Below, one piece after another: positions 1 to 10,500 of a stretch of 64,000 nucleotides of DNA. The stretch is from the human T2T-CHM13v2.0 reference genome, Homo sapiens. The stretch lies in assembly GCF_009914755.1 (NCBI RefSeq), contig NC_060938.1. One strand, written 5' to 3'. Both the position numbers and the translations under genes were made by a program. Within the stretch, counting starts at the first letter, position 1, and each line of letters starts with the position of its first letter. A model generated the notes under the pieces. That model made no database searches. It was not told the DNA's origin and worked only from the letters and a program-made list of their open reading frames with translations.

Positions 1-3000
1 CTTGACACAGGTGGTGGTCGCCAGGTGGTCGTTCTAAACTTAACCACTGAACTGTGCGGATATTTATTAATGTCTCTGCAGGCCTATCACAGTTCACGAC
101 TTTGAAAAATTCTATTTTGGGGGGAAAACGTGGACACCAAACAGGAGTAGCTCTGGGCACCCCAGGAGCCATGAGAGGCGACTGACCCACTTCTCTGTTT
201 GACAGAGGAGGGAACCGAAGCTCAAATAGAAAAAGGGGCTGCCCAGCAGCACGCTGCAGGAGGCAGGCAGGAGGGACCCTGTTTGGAGGGAGAGGAGGGG
301 ATTAATTTGAGGGATTAGAGGCACAGAGGCTCTGAGCACACGGAGAGCCAGCCGGGACTTGGTAATATCTATAAATATTTGAGAGTCACAAGAATAGTTT
401 TTCCAAGCAGTCGAAGACAAGATAGCTGAGTGTGGCTGAGCAAGGGTCAAAGGACAAGAGCCAAGGTGGCCAGGCCATCAAATGGTGTGGCTGCATATCT
501 ACCATGTGGCCCCCCGGCCTGTGGGAGCCCTACTGTGCGCCAGCCTCTGCCAGGCACTGTGGCTGTCAGAACACCAGGGGCCAGACCCCGGCTCTGTTCT
601 CTGGGGTGCCCATCTGGGGCCCTGGGGAAGACAGAAGACACCCCAGATGTCAGTGGGAGCCCCACTGACCTCCACTCCCCACCCCTTACCTGTCTTCCCT
701 AAACACATCTGCTCTGGGCAGCCCCCAGGCCTTTGCACCTCTTGGAGGGTGGCCTGTCTGTCCTTGGAAACTCCTACCCATTCTTCATGCCTTGGCTCAA
801 GTGTCCCTGCTTCCCGGAAGCTCTTCCCAATACCCCAGGCCAGGGTTCACAACCTGGGACCCCAGAGCATTGTGGGCAAACCCCTTCTGTATTCTGTCCG
901 CTGGCCTAGGAGGATCTGTTGTGGGCCTCTGTCCCCGGCACTGGAGGGCCAACCGGGTCTTTTCACAGAGCTGGTACCCAGAGGGGGCTGGAGTCCACTT
1001 GGGAGGGAGGGGCAAGAGCGTCATGAAAACCCCAGGGAAAAGGCGACAGGGAAGACACAGAGTTTGTCATGTGGACAAGAAGGCAGGGAAGGGCATTCTC
1101 TACAGCAGGGACTGCGTGGGCAAAGGCAGGGGCATGAAGGTGGCAGCTTGTGGGGAACTCGGAAGCAGGGCGACAGCATGGGGGGGCAGCCAGTGGGAGG
1201 GACCAGGGAAGAGAGACCCCTCAATGTACACCTGCCCACCAAAGGGAGCCATTGAGGGCCACAGTGCCACCAGGTGACATGGTCCTTTTGCTCTTCAGCA
1301 AATATTTACAGGACTGTCCCATAAGTCAGTCCTGGCTCCAGGCCCTGGGGGGTGTGGGAGAGGAGGGGGCCAGGACCAGCACTCTCAGAGCTCAATCCAG
1401 ACCCACAGACCCAGCCTGTGATGTGCAGACTCCACAGTCCAGGGGCCAGGAGGCAGGACCGACCATAGGGTCATCCCTGTGGACACTTCAGGACCCCTTC
1501 ACTGTGACCACCGTGTGGTCTGAGGTTCCCCAGAGACCCTCTACCTGGGCCTGCTCTGGGCCAGGTCCCAGGAGAGATGCTTCCACCACAGGGGCTCACG
1601 GCACCCAACATCCCTGCAACCTGGTTGTGGTTAGGACACCCACTTTACAGATGAGAAAACTGAGGCCCAACCAGGGCCAGGACTTTGTCAGTGACTGGGT
1701 CTGTGGGACCCCAAACCCTGTGCCCTTCTGTGCAGGAAGCCATGCTGACCAACTTCCCTTCCACTCCCCTGGGCTTTTGGTTCTGAATCCCAGGCACCAA
1801 ATGCAGGACAGAAACCCACTGGGGCAGCCCCGACACTGGCCAGAAGGGAAGATTCTGGAAAAGCCCTTCAGGCAACTCTGAGAACACTAATTGGGTGAGA
1901 GGGAGAGGAGGGCAGGACCCCTCCCCAGTTCTAGGAGTCCTTGCCCCACGCCACCCCTGGCAACTCCAGAAAGGCCACATGGCCCGATGCAGCCCAGGAG
2001 CCCAGGCCCTGGCCACTGCCTCCAGCCTTTATGGCTTAGCCCAGGGAAGCCTCAGCCCGCCTGGGACAGCAACGCTGACGCCATCAGCAGCTCAGGCAGC
2101 AGATCCGCCCACCTGGCACACCTGCCTACCTGTGCACCCAGCCGGGCGGGGTCATGCCTCTGTCCTCAGTGCCTGGCACACAGGAATAGGTGCCGGAGAG
2201 CCTTGGCCGGGCACAGGGAAGGAGGGAAAGAGAAAGAGAACCACCGCAGGGAACCCCCAGGCTGGCCTCAGGGCACCCCATGAATGCTAAGTTTTTCCTC
2301 AAGTCTCAGCTGAGTTAAGCAGTGTTTCCTCCCCCCCACAGGCGGTACAACCCAGGTGGTGAAATGACAGCCAATGTGGGGCACCAGGGAAGGGCCCTGG
2401 CCTGGGCCAGAGCCTGAGTTTGGGCCTGAGGTCATCTGTGTGACCACAGCCAGGGCTGTCGCTCTTTGGGCCTCACCGCCCCCACCTGGACCTTGGCCAC
2501 GACAAGGTGGGCCTGGCTGATGGGTATCAGGTATTTGGGGTCTGAGATTGAACCACCTCAGAGACTGGACCCCTCCTCCCAGCACAAGACATGTTGGTCC
2601 TGTCCCTGTGGGACCCACAGTGGGGGCTGCACATCAGCTCCATGGCCCAGGAGATGGCCCTGCTCTGAGAGTCCACCCTGGGTCTCTGTGTGAGCCCACC
2701 TGCCCCCAGGCTCCCACCTGGGTGTTTCCAAGCCACTCACCCACGGCACTAAGGGTCAGCTGGCAGAGCCCAGGGCCCCTCTGCCCTAGACCTGGGCCCA
2801 GGCTGGGCTCTGCTCCTTGGGGGAGGGATGCTCCTCTACCCGGCCTCCTCCCCAGGATGCCAATTCTGGCCTCGGGAGGGAGTGGCGAGGACGGAGACCC
2901 TGTGGGCCAGGGGAGACAGTGCTGAAACCCAGCAGCCAGAGCTGGGCCTGCCGCCCACACAACGCCTCGGCTCAGGCTCCGGAAGGAAAACACGGGAGGG

Positions 3001-3726
3001 GTGTTCCCAAAGTAGGGGTCAGGGTGCCAGGGGAAGTCGTGGAGGAAGTGGCAAATATTCAAACTGGCTGATCCCAGGCCTGCCGCGCAGGTGGTCCCGT
3101 GAAGTCTACCAAGGCTTAAAGTTTGGCACCGGGAGGGAGGCCGCGGGGGACACTCCCCAGAAGCTGTCGCGGGATTCCCCCAAAATGGCTCCAAGACGCG
3201 GCTGCCTGGTCCAGCCGCGAGGACTCCATCCCCCACCCCCGCCCCCCAGAGGCGGACACTTAAAAGCTCAGAGCCAGGCAACTGGCAGCCCGGGGGCTGG
3301 GGCGGGTGGTGGTTGGGGGTGGGGTGGGGTCGGGGGAGAGAGCGCCGGGGCAGTGCGGAACGGCACGAACGGAACCCGGAGGGTCCCCGGGGACCAGCGA
3401 GAGTCCAGGGCAGGGAGCCAGAGGGGCGCTGAGGACCGCACAGGACCAGGCGGCCCCGGGTAGGGGGCAGCCCGGCCCTCAGTGGCGCTAGCCCCAGCCC
3501 CCGCCGCAGCGGCCCGGGCCGGCGGAGGAGCCCCGCGCGAGGCTCCCCAGCGCCTCGCGGCGCGCACACACGCACCACACACACGCACCTGGCCCGCAGC
3601 CCCGCCGAGGCCGCCCGCGGGCCCTGGGGGATGCGCTCGGGTGGAGCCCCCTTCCCCCGCCTTCCCCAGCGCCCTCACCCCCGACCCGGCCCCCGCGAGC
3701 CGCGGCACGGGAGACGCTCCACTCAC

Positions 3727-3755
3727 CTGAGTTTCTCCATGTCTGCGGCAGAGGC
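3727..3755 (-). CDS. BEGAIN: BEGAIN common 29-nt coding exon, ASAADMEKL(S), with internal ATG at 3740
   Basis: Minus strand reads ctgac (branch point) cctctcgtttggtttctcgcAG | GCCTCTGCCGCAGACATGGAGAAACTCAG | GTGAGT. Canonical acceptor and donor, phase 0 in and phase 2 out. MEKLS is the known start of the short BEGAIN isoform. Confidence 0.95.
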
Positions 3756-4260
3756 CTGCGAGAAACCAAACGAGAGGGTCAGCAGGCAGGAGGCGTGCGC
3801 TCCGCGGCCGCGCCGGGCAGAGCCGGGCACAGCGGGCACGGCCGGGCAACCCCGCGGGGCCCCGTCCGTGGGAAGCCCGGCGCCGCGCGTCCCCAGCTTC
3901 CAGTCCCGGCCGCGGCCCCCGTGACTCAGTGGGCGCGCCGGGCCGCGGCCGAGTAACAGGTGAGCCCGCCCGGGCCGCCGCGCTCCCCGCACCGAGTTAC
4001 GCCCCCCGGGGCGAAGAAGGGGCCGGCCCGGGATGGCCCGGCCAGGGGCGATCTCGGCCTCGCCCGGAGGAGGGGGACTCGGCCTGTCCCCGTTAACTCT
4101 CCGGCGGCCGCGGCCCCGCTGCTCCCCCCGCCCCGCCCGTTAACCCTTCCTGCCCCGCGCTCCCTCCCGGAGGAAGCCGAACCCCGGAATCGCAGAACCT
4201 CCGAGTCGGAGAATGTTGGGGAATTCGGGGCCGTGCAGGATTGCAGAACCTGACACTCAC

Positions 4261-4281
4261 ACAATCCGAGGGCGATGGCAT
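4261..4281 (-). CDS. BEGAIN: Possible alternative first exon MPSPSDC
   Basis: aaATG, 7 codons, TGT|GTGAGT phase-0 donor; the exonic side of the donor is weak. Confidence 0.3.
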
Positions 4282-4714
4282 TTGGAGCCTCGACTCCTCA
4301 ATCAGGGACCCGCTGCCCTCAGATTCTGGGGTTTTGGGCCTGGCTTGCCCCTCCCGGGCCCCAGGGATTAACCCGTGAGCGCCCGGCTCGCCGGCGGGGC
4401 TCCCTGCCTTGCTTGCGCAGACCCGCCCGCGCGCGGCTTGGAGACCCTCCCTGCCCAGCCCCGCTCAGCCGGGCAGCCCCTCCGCGCGCCGGGCAGGGGG
4501 ACCCACCCGCCGCCGTTAACCTTGTGGGCGCGGGCGAGCGACGGGGACCGCGAGCGGCCCGGGCGGGATCGCACTTCCTGCGTGGAGCTGGGGGCGCCGG
4601 GCGGGCTCTCTATCACCCGGGAGAGGCCGCTCCCCGGGGCTTTGCCCGTCTTTCTGTGCCGTGACTGGCACTCAAGGGGGACAGGGGTCCGAGCTCAGGG
4701 ACCACGCGACAGAC

Positions 4715-4738
4715 CTGGGAAGACTGATGACTGCCCAT
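4715..4738 (-). CDS. BEGAIN: BEGAIN alternative proximal first exon, coding part MGSHQSSQ
   Basis: gggATGG strong Kozak context, 8 codons, CAG|GTCTGT phase-0 donor in the proximal CpG island. MGSHQSSQASAADMEKLS resembles a rodent Begain N-terminus as I recall it. Confidence 0.7.
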
Positions 4739-7700
4739 CCCGGCCCCTCGCGCCGGGCGCCGCCGCCGCGTCCGCCGGGAGCGCGCTCCGCTCGGGTCCG
4801 GGCCCCACGCCGCCTCCCCCACCGCCCCGCCGGGCGAGGGCGCAGCCCGGCCGCAGCGCCAAGCTAGAAGGCCCGGCCCCGGGGCCTCGGCCAGGCTCGG
4901 CCACCAACTTCCCGGGTGCTCGGGCCGGCCTTCCGGCGCTCTCCCGGCCTCAGTTTCCTCACCTGAAAGCTGGGGGGAAGGGGGAGGCAGCTGGACGAGG
5001 CGCTCCACTGCCCTTCCGCACCCGCGGGCTGCGGATCGGCTGGGGTGGGGGAAGGAATTTCAGGGGAAGGGATCCCTAAGGCGCCCGGATGGCGGTTCCC
5101 CTCCCCAGACGCTCTAAAAGTTGTCCAAGACCACAAGCCTGGACCCCTCCATAAACCCTCCTCCTGCAAGACAAGGAGTTTGCCGGGAAGACTTTGCCGC
5201 CGGCCAGCGCGACCCCCACACCGCTCTCTTCCCCAGGCCCACCTTTCCGGGTCCCCATGACAGCGCTTCTCATGCTAGGTCCCAGCATACAGCAGGCGCT
5301 CAATAAACACGGACAGTGCATGCCTGGATCCTACGGCACTGGAGCCTGTCTTTCCTGGCCCTTTCCCCTCCTGGCTGTGAGCTCCCGGGCAGGAGCCCTG
5401 TGTTCTCACCAGGACACCCCCAGCACCCAGCAGGCTTGGCCTGCGCTGAGCCAGCGCAGGGTGGGAGGAGCCGTCCACTCAGAGGGTCAGACCTGAACCA
5501 GGATCAAACCAAACCCAAGAAATCCAAGTGTTCCTCCATCCACGGACACCCACTCGTTCACTAGCTCTGGGCTAAGTTCTCCAGCAGAGAGGGGACAGCA
5601 GACAAAGCAGAGAGGGGACAGCAGAGGAAGCAAGCTCTGCTCTCCAGGGGCTAATGAGGAAAACCCCCTCCGCCCCCCTCCGGTCCTGGGAGGCCACCCT
5701 CAGCAGAATGGCCACGGTAGTCATAACAATAACGTCCACCGCCCCTTACACATCATAGCGCTTCCCACGGCTCCTCACCACAGCTCTGCCATGGAAGCCC
5801 CGGACCCCCTATGCGGGAGCAAAGCTCCAACAGAGAAGAGGCTTGCTGGAGATCCCGCAGCTGAAGGGGCCCAGCTGCGCCTGGACCCCACTGCTCAGGA
5901 GCCTTTCCCACCCAAAGGCTGTCTCTGGTTGCCAACCTCAATCACTCACGGCGAATGACCTGCCAGGGAGTTTGTCTAAAATTAATAAGAATGTATTAAA
6001 ATTTAATTTTAAAAATCTAGCATTAATTATTTACATTGAATGTTTCAGCCCTTCTAAAAGGCCTGGATGGGAATTCCCCCCACCCCCAGAAGGGAACTGG
6101 GGGGAAAGGCAGGGGAGGTTGCTGAGCTGCCCTGGTGGAGCAGTGGGGGCTGGGCAGGGCAAGAGACAGGCAGGGAACAGGCAGCCCCTGCCCTTCAAGC
6201 CTATTCTAGAGCCTGAAGCCTGGCTTTGATGCTGCTGTAGCTCAAATCCTCCTCTGACCCATTGCCTTCGGGGCAACCACTGCCCTCCCCCTTGGAGGCT
6301 GTATCCTCCATGCGGCCCTCTGTGGGAACTCTGGGGAGTCACTGAGTTTACCCCCACACCAGATGGGACAGGACTCTGTGTCCCAGCTCTGTGTCCCTGG
6401 ACCAGCCCAGCACCTGGCAGGGGCGGGGGGACTAAAAGATGGGTTGTGCCTGATGCTCTCCATGCAGGAGTGACACAGGCATCTTTATGGGTGGCTAGGG
6501 AGAAGATAGCAGGGAAGCTCCCCTGGCCGAGGTGCTACGCCCTCGGGGACAGTCTCCCATGAGGCTCCTGCACGGGCCCAGCACCCCGGGTGCAAGTTTT
6601 GATTCAGCCATTCATTGACCACAAGACTCGGTGATTTTCGTGAGACCCTTACTACGGGTGAGGAAACGGAGGCCAGCGCATGAAGTGGCTTGCTCAAGTC
6701 CCCTGAGGTTAGCCGAGGCCTGCCTGATGGGCTGGAGAACCGCGGCGCTGCCTGGGTCTTGGGCCAGTGGGTGGGGGCCATGAGGATGAGGAGTCTGTGG
6801 GGTGCCCCAGGGTTCCCACTGTGAAGTGAGGGGGCGGGATCTCCCTTAGGGAGGCTGGGACCCCAGGGTGCACACTGGGTGCCCTCGGGGGACAGTCCTC
6901 ATGGCACAGTCCTTCCCCGCCTCTGGGCGCTGTCCAGCCCCATTCACACCCGCTGCCTCTTCCTCCAACACACCTCTCCCCACCGTCTGCCTTAAGTCCC
7001 TACCTCTTTCTGGTGGTCCAGCCCAGCAGCCACCTTTATCTTCTGACCCCTCACAGGAGCCCTGCCTGTTGGCCACTAGCCCCTGCTCTCTCCTCACTCC
7101 CACCTGTGGCCATCTGGGTCCTGATGACGTGCCCATCCCTGCATGGGCTGAGGCCTGTGGAGCTCCCAGCTGCCTCCCTCCCACCTACTACTTCCTTTTC
7201 TTACTAGCGATGGGAGGGCCGCCCGGGTCAGAAACATGCCCGTCCACCCTTTCCTCTGCTGCTGTGTCCCCAGGGTGGCCTTGGGCCCGGTCACAGAAAT
7301 CAGTTCCATTGAAGTGTCACAGCAGCTTTGCTGGGTGGGTCTCATCAGCTGTGCATTTGCAGTTTATAGGCAAGAGCTTGGAGATTTGGGGCCAGGGACC
7401 TTGCTATCTTCCCTGTGGCACCCGGGCACAGAGACTGGCACACAGTAGGGCCTCCCCAGACAAGGTGGAGGGGGTGACTCTGTGCCACCTGTCAGGCCTC
7501 CATGAGGGGTTGGTAAATACTGACCTGGCCCTGCCAAATCATCCGACCCCCATGCCCAGCAGCCTCCCCTCGCTAGGCACACACTGGCCACACTGGCTGC
7601 CTTGCTGGCTCCAGGCTCACCTGGCCCATCCCTGTCTTAGGGCCTTTGCACTGGTTCCTTGCACCTGGAATGTTCTGCCCTGACTCTGCACGGCCGGGGC

Positions 7701-8988
7701 CTCCCTTCCCTGACTACCCATCTAAAGCATCGGTGAGGCCCGACAGCAGAGCTCCTCCATTCTGCCGCTGCATCTCCCTGTGTCCAGGGCCTGGCATGGA
7801 AGCCCTGCGGTGAGCAGGTGGTGTTGGCCTGAACGAATGCAGTGCGTCTTAATCCCCAGCCAGAGGCACCTGCTCCTCAGCCCTGGGCAGCATCCTTCCT
7901 GCTCTCACAGCAGGGTCCTCGTCATTCTAACACCATCCGCGTCCCTTCTTCAAGCCTGCCCCTGCGCGGGAGGGCACAGAGCCCCTTGGTACCGGGCATC
8001 GTATCTTCGCAGAGCTCTGCCCTGGGAAACCCCTCTTCAGATGTGGGTCAGTCCTGCTGTGGCCCCCATAATGGAGCACATAAATCCTCTGCCGGACCAT
8101 CTGACCCCATTGCACGGCTGCCCACTGCCCCCTAAATCCGGCTGATTTCTGACACTGTGAAGAGGAGAGTGAGCCCACCTCTGCAGGGGGCCTGCCAGGT
8201 GAGGAGTGCCATGCCAAGGACAGAGGCCTGGGTTCCTGTCCCAGCTCTGCCTCCGACTCAGGCCAGCCCCACCCTCCCTCAGGGCATGGGGCTGGCCTCT
8301 CCGACCCCAACCCCAGTGCTTGGCCCCCCAGGACTCCTTACACCCATGCTGGGCTCTAGCTTCCTCAGTTTCCCTGAATCTTGTTGCCCTTACCCCTCCT
8401 GGAGGGGAGGAAATGAGCCTAACATGTGGAGGGCAGAGATGAGCCCTGGGGGGTTGGGCCTTCTCCGCAGCTGTGGGACCTTGGGCAGGGCTCTCAACCT
8501 CTCTGACCCTCAGTTACTCATCTAGGAAGGAAAGATGGAAAATCCTTCACTGGGAGCAACAAGGCGGCTGTGTGTAAGGGACTGTCCTGGGGACGGGGTG
8601 TGGCTGTTCTGGAGAGCCAGCCTTCTAACTGATCACTTGGAGTGGACAGCTTTCTAAGATGTTTTACATGGTACCCTGCCTTGTGACATTCATTTGGCAA
8701 ACACTGACTGTGTGCAGAGCCCTGTTCTGGGGGATTCAGCACTGGTCAGACTGGATGAAATTCTCTGCTCTCACTGTGCTGATATTCTCATGCAGGAAGA
8801 CAGACCCCAAGAGATGAATCAGTACACCACCCCTCCCACCCTGTATGTCCGACGGGGATATGTGTACAGAGAAGGATGGGAGGCAGGGTGGGGCAGGAAA
8901 GGGGTGCAGTGATGAACACAGAGGCCCGGATGAAGTGAGCTGAGCCCAGTAGCAGATGAATCCCAAGGGGCCACTGGAGGAGGGAGCA

Positions 8989-9190
8989 GGTGAGTCTGGG
9001 GGGAGGGGCTTCCGGAGGAGGGGGCTGGTGAGTCTGGGGGGAGGGGCTTCCGGAGGAGGGGGCTGGTGAGTCTGGGGGGAGGGGCTTCCGGAGGACGGGG
9101 CGGGTGAGTCCCGAAGGGGCCGCCAGAGGAGGGGCGGGTGAGTCCTGGGAGGTCGCTAGAGGAGCAGCCCTGCGGCTGTGCCTGGTGAGT
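8989..9190. repeat. 38-bp G-rich VNTR
   Basis: GGTGAGT anchors at 8989, 9027, 9065 and 9103 (38-bp spacing), with degenerate copies at 9137 and 9184. Confidence 0.92.
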
Positions 9191-10254
9191 TGGGAAGCAT
9201 CCCGGTCACCAGTGGGAAGGAGCAGCTGGGGTGCGGGGCCTCGTGCACCCTCATCAGGACCTTGGCTTCTGCCATGAGGTGGATGGGAGCCCCTGGAGGG
9301 ATGAATGGGGGCGTCTCTGGCACACCACTGTGTGGAGAGGGGCAAGTGCAGGACCCCAGGGCATCCAGCCAGGCCCACGGGGCCTGGGGTGGAGGTGGGA
9401 GGGATTCTCAGATTCCCAGGCAGTCTAGAAGCAGACATGGAAGGAAGAGAACCCCTGAGGTGACAGAAGCATTGTGACCTCATGTTGAGCAGGGGAACAT
9501 GGGGAATTCAGGGCTGGTGGTGCCCCTTGGCCATCCCAGGGGAGACACCAAGGGCTGGGAAATGGGCTTGGAGTTCAGGGGAGGCTCCAGGAGATGTGAA
9601 CCTGGAAATGGCCAGATCAGAGGTGACACAGCCGCAGCACTGGGGAGGCCGCCAGGGCAGCCACGGTGGGAGGCGACAGGGGCTGGGACAGAGCCCGGGA
9701 CTCTGCCACTGTTGGGGATCAGGAGGTGAGCAGGACCGGCCAAGGAGACTGGGAAAGGGTGGGTGGGAGGTGGGAGGAGAGTCTGCATTAAGGGTGGAGG
9801 TGGTCCTTCGGGGGCTGTCTCAAGGAGGAGAGCGGGATCATCGGTGTCATGCGCTGACCCACAGGTAGGACAAGGACGGAGAGCCGCCTGGGCCTCGTGA
9901 ACCCCAGGCATCCCCAAGGGCCTCGCTGGTGCTGGGCACGTGGTGGGGTTCCCCAGAGCCTCCGCTGCAGTCCCAAATGAGCCGCGGGCTTTCCTGGCCT
10001 TATCTGATCAATGGGAGAGGGAAGAGTGCTTGCCCTGGGTTACCCGGCAAGTTGAGGATCTGAACCCAGGCCCTGGCTTGGGGCTGTCCCCAGATGGGGC
10101 CAAGAATGTCCTTCCCCTGGGGAATTTGGGCACCTGGCCTCGGCTGCAGAGGTGACCCTGTCCCACCTGTGACCTGAGCCCTGGGTCTTGTCTAGGCTCT
10201 GTGTGACTTCATACAGGGCCTCCCTTTTCCCAGCTGTGCCCCGGTGCCGCCAGG

Positions 10255-10500
10255 CTAGGCTGGTGACTGCGAACTGGCCTCCCGGAGCTAAATCTGGCCC
10301 ACCACCAGCATGTTGTATTTGGCCTGCACAAAGGTTTTTTTTTTTTTTTTTTTTTAAACATTTGAGCCAACATTTAAAAATTGGGAGTTTACATTTTAAA
10401 ATCCGTATTTTTGGCTTCTACTGAAAATTTTGGAAGATCTGGCAACGTCGGCCCACATTCCCACGTGGCAACAGTCAGCGGGGCTGGGAAGCAGCTGCCC
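10255..10500. mobile_element. hAT-Charlie DNA transposon relic (MER102-like)
   Basis: aaatctggccc...tttggcctgcaca...gaagatctggcaac motifs. Confidence 0.45.

Larger units (their letters stand above)
2930..5230. promoter_or_regulatory. Proximal CpG island / internal BEGAIN promoter region
   Basis: Very high GC and CpG density, GC boxes, AP-1 site TGACTCA at 3922-3928. Spans the common exon and the proximal first exons. Confidence 0.9.

Noticed and set aside
2949-5200. Five ZFP57 TGCCGC motifs suggesting an imprinted DMR
   Set aside because: About four are expected by chance in 2.3 kb at roughly 75% GC, so there is no enrichment.
8989-9190. CRISPR-like repeat array
   Set aside because: Head-to-tail tandem units with no unique spacers, no cas genes, and a eukaryotic context.
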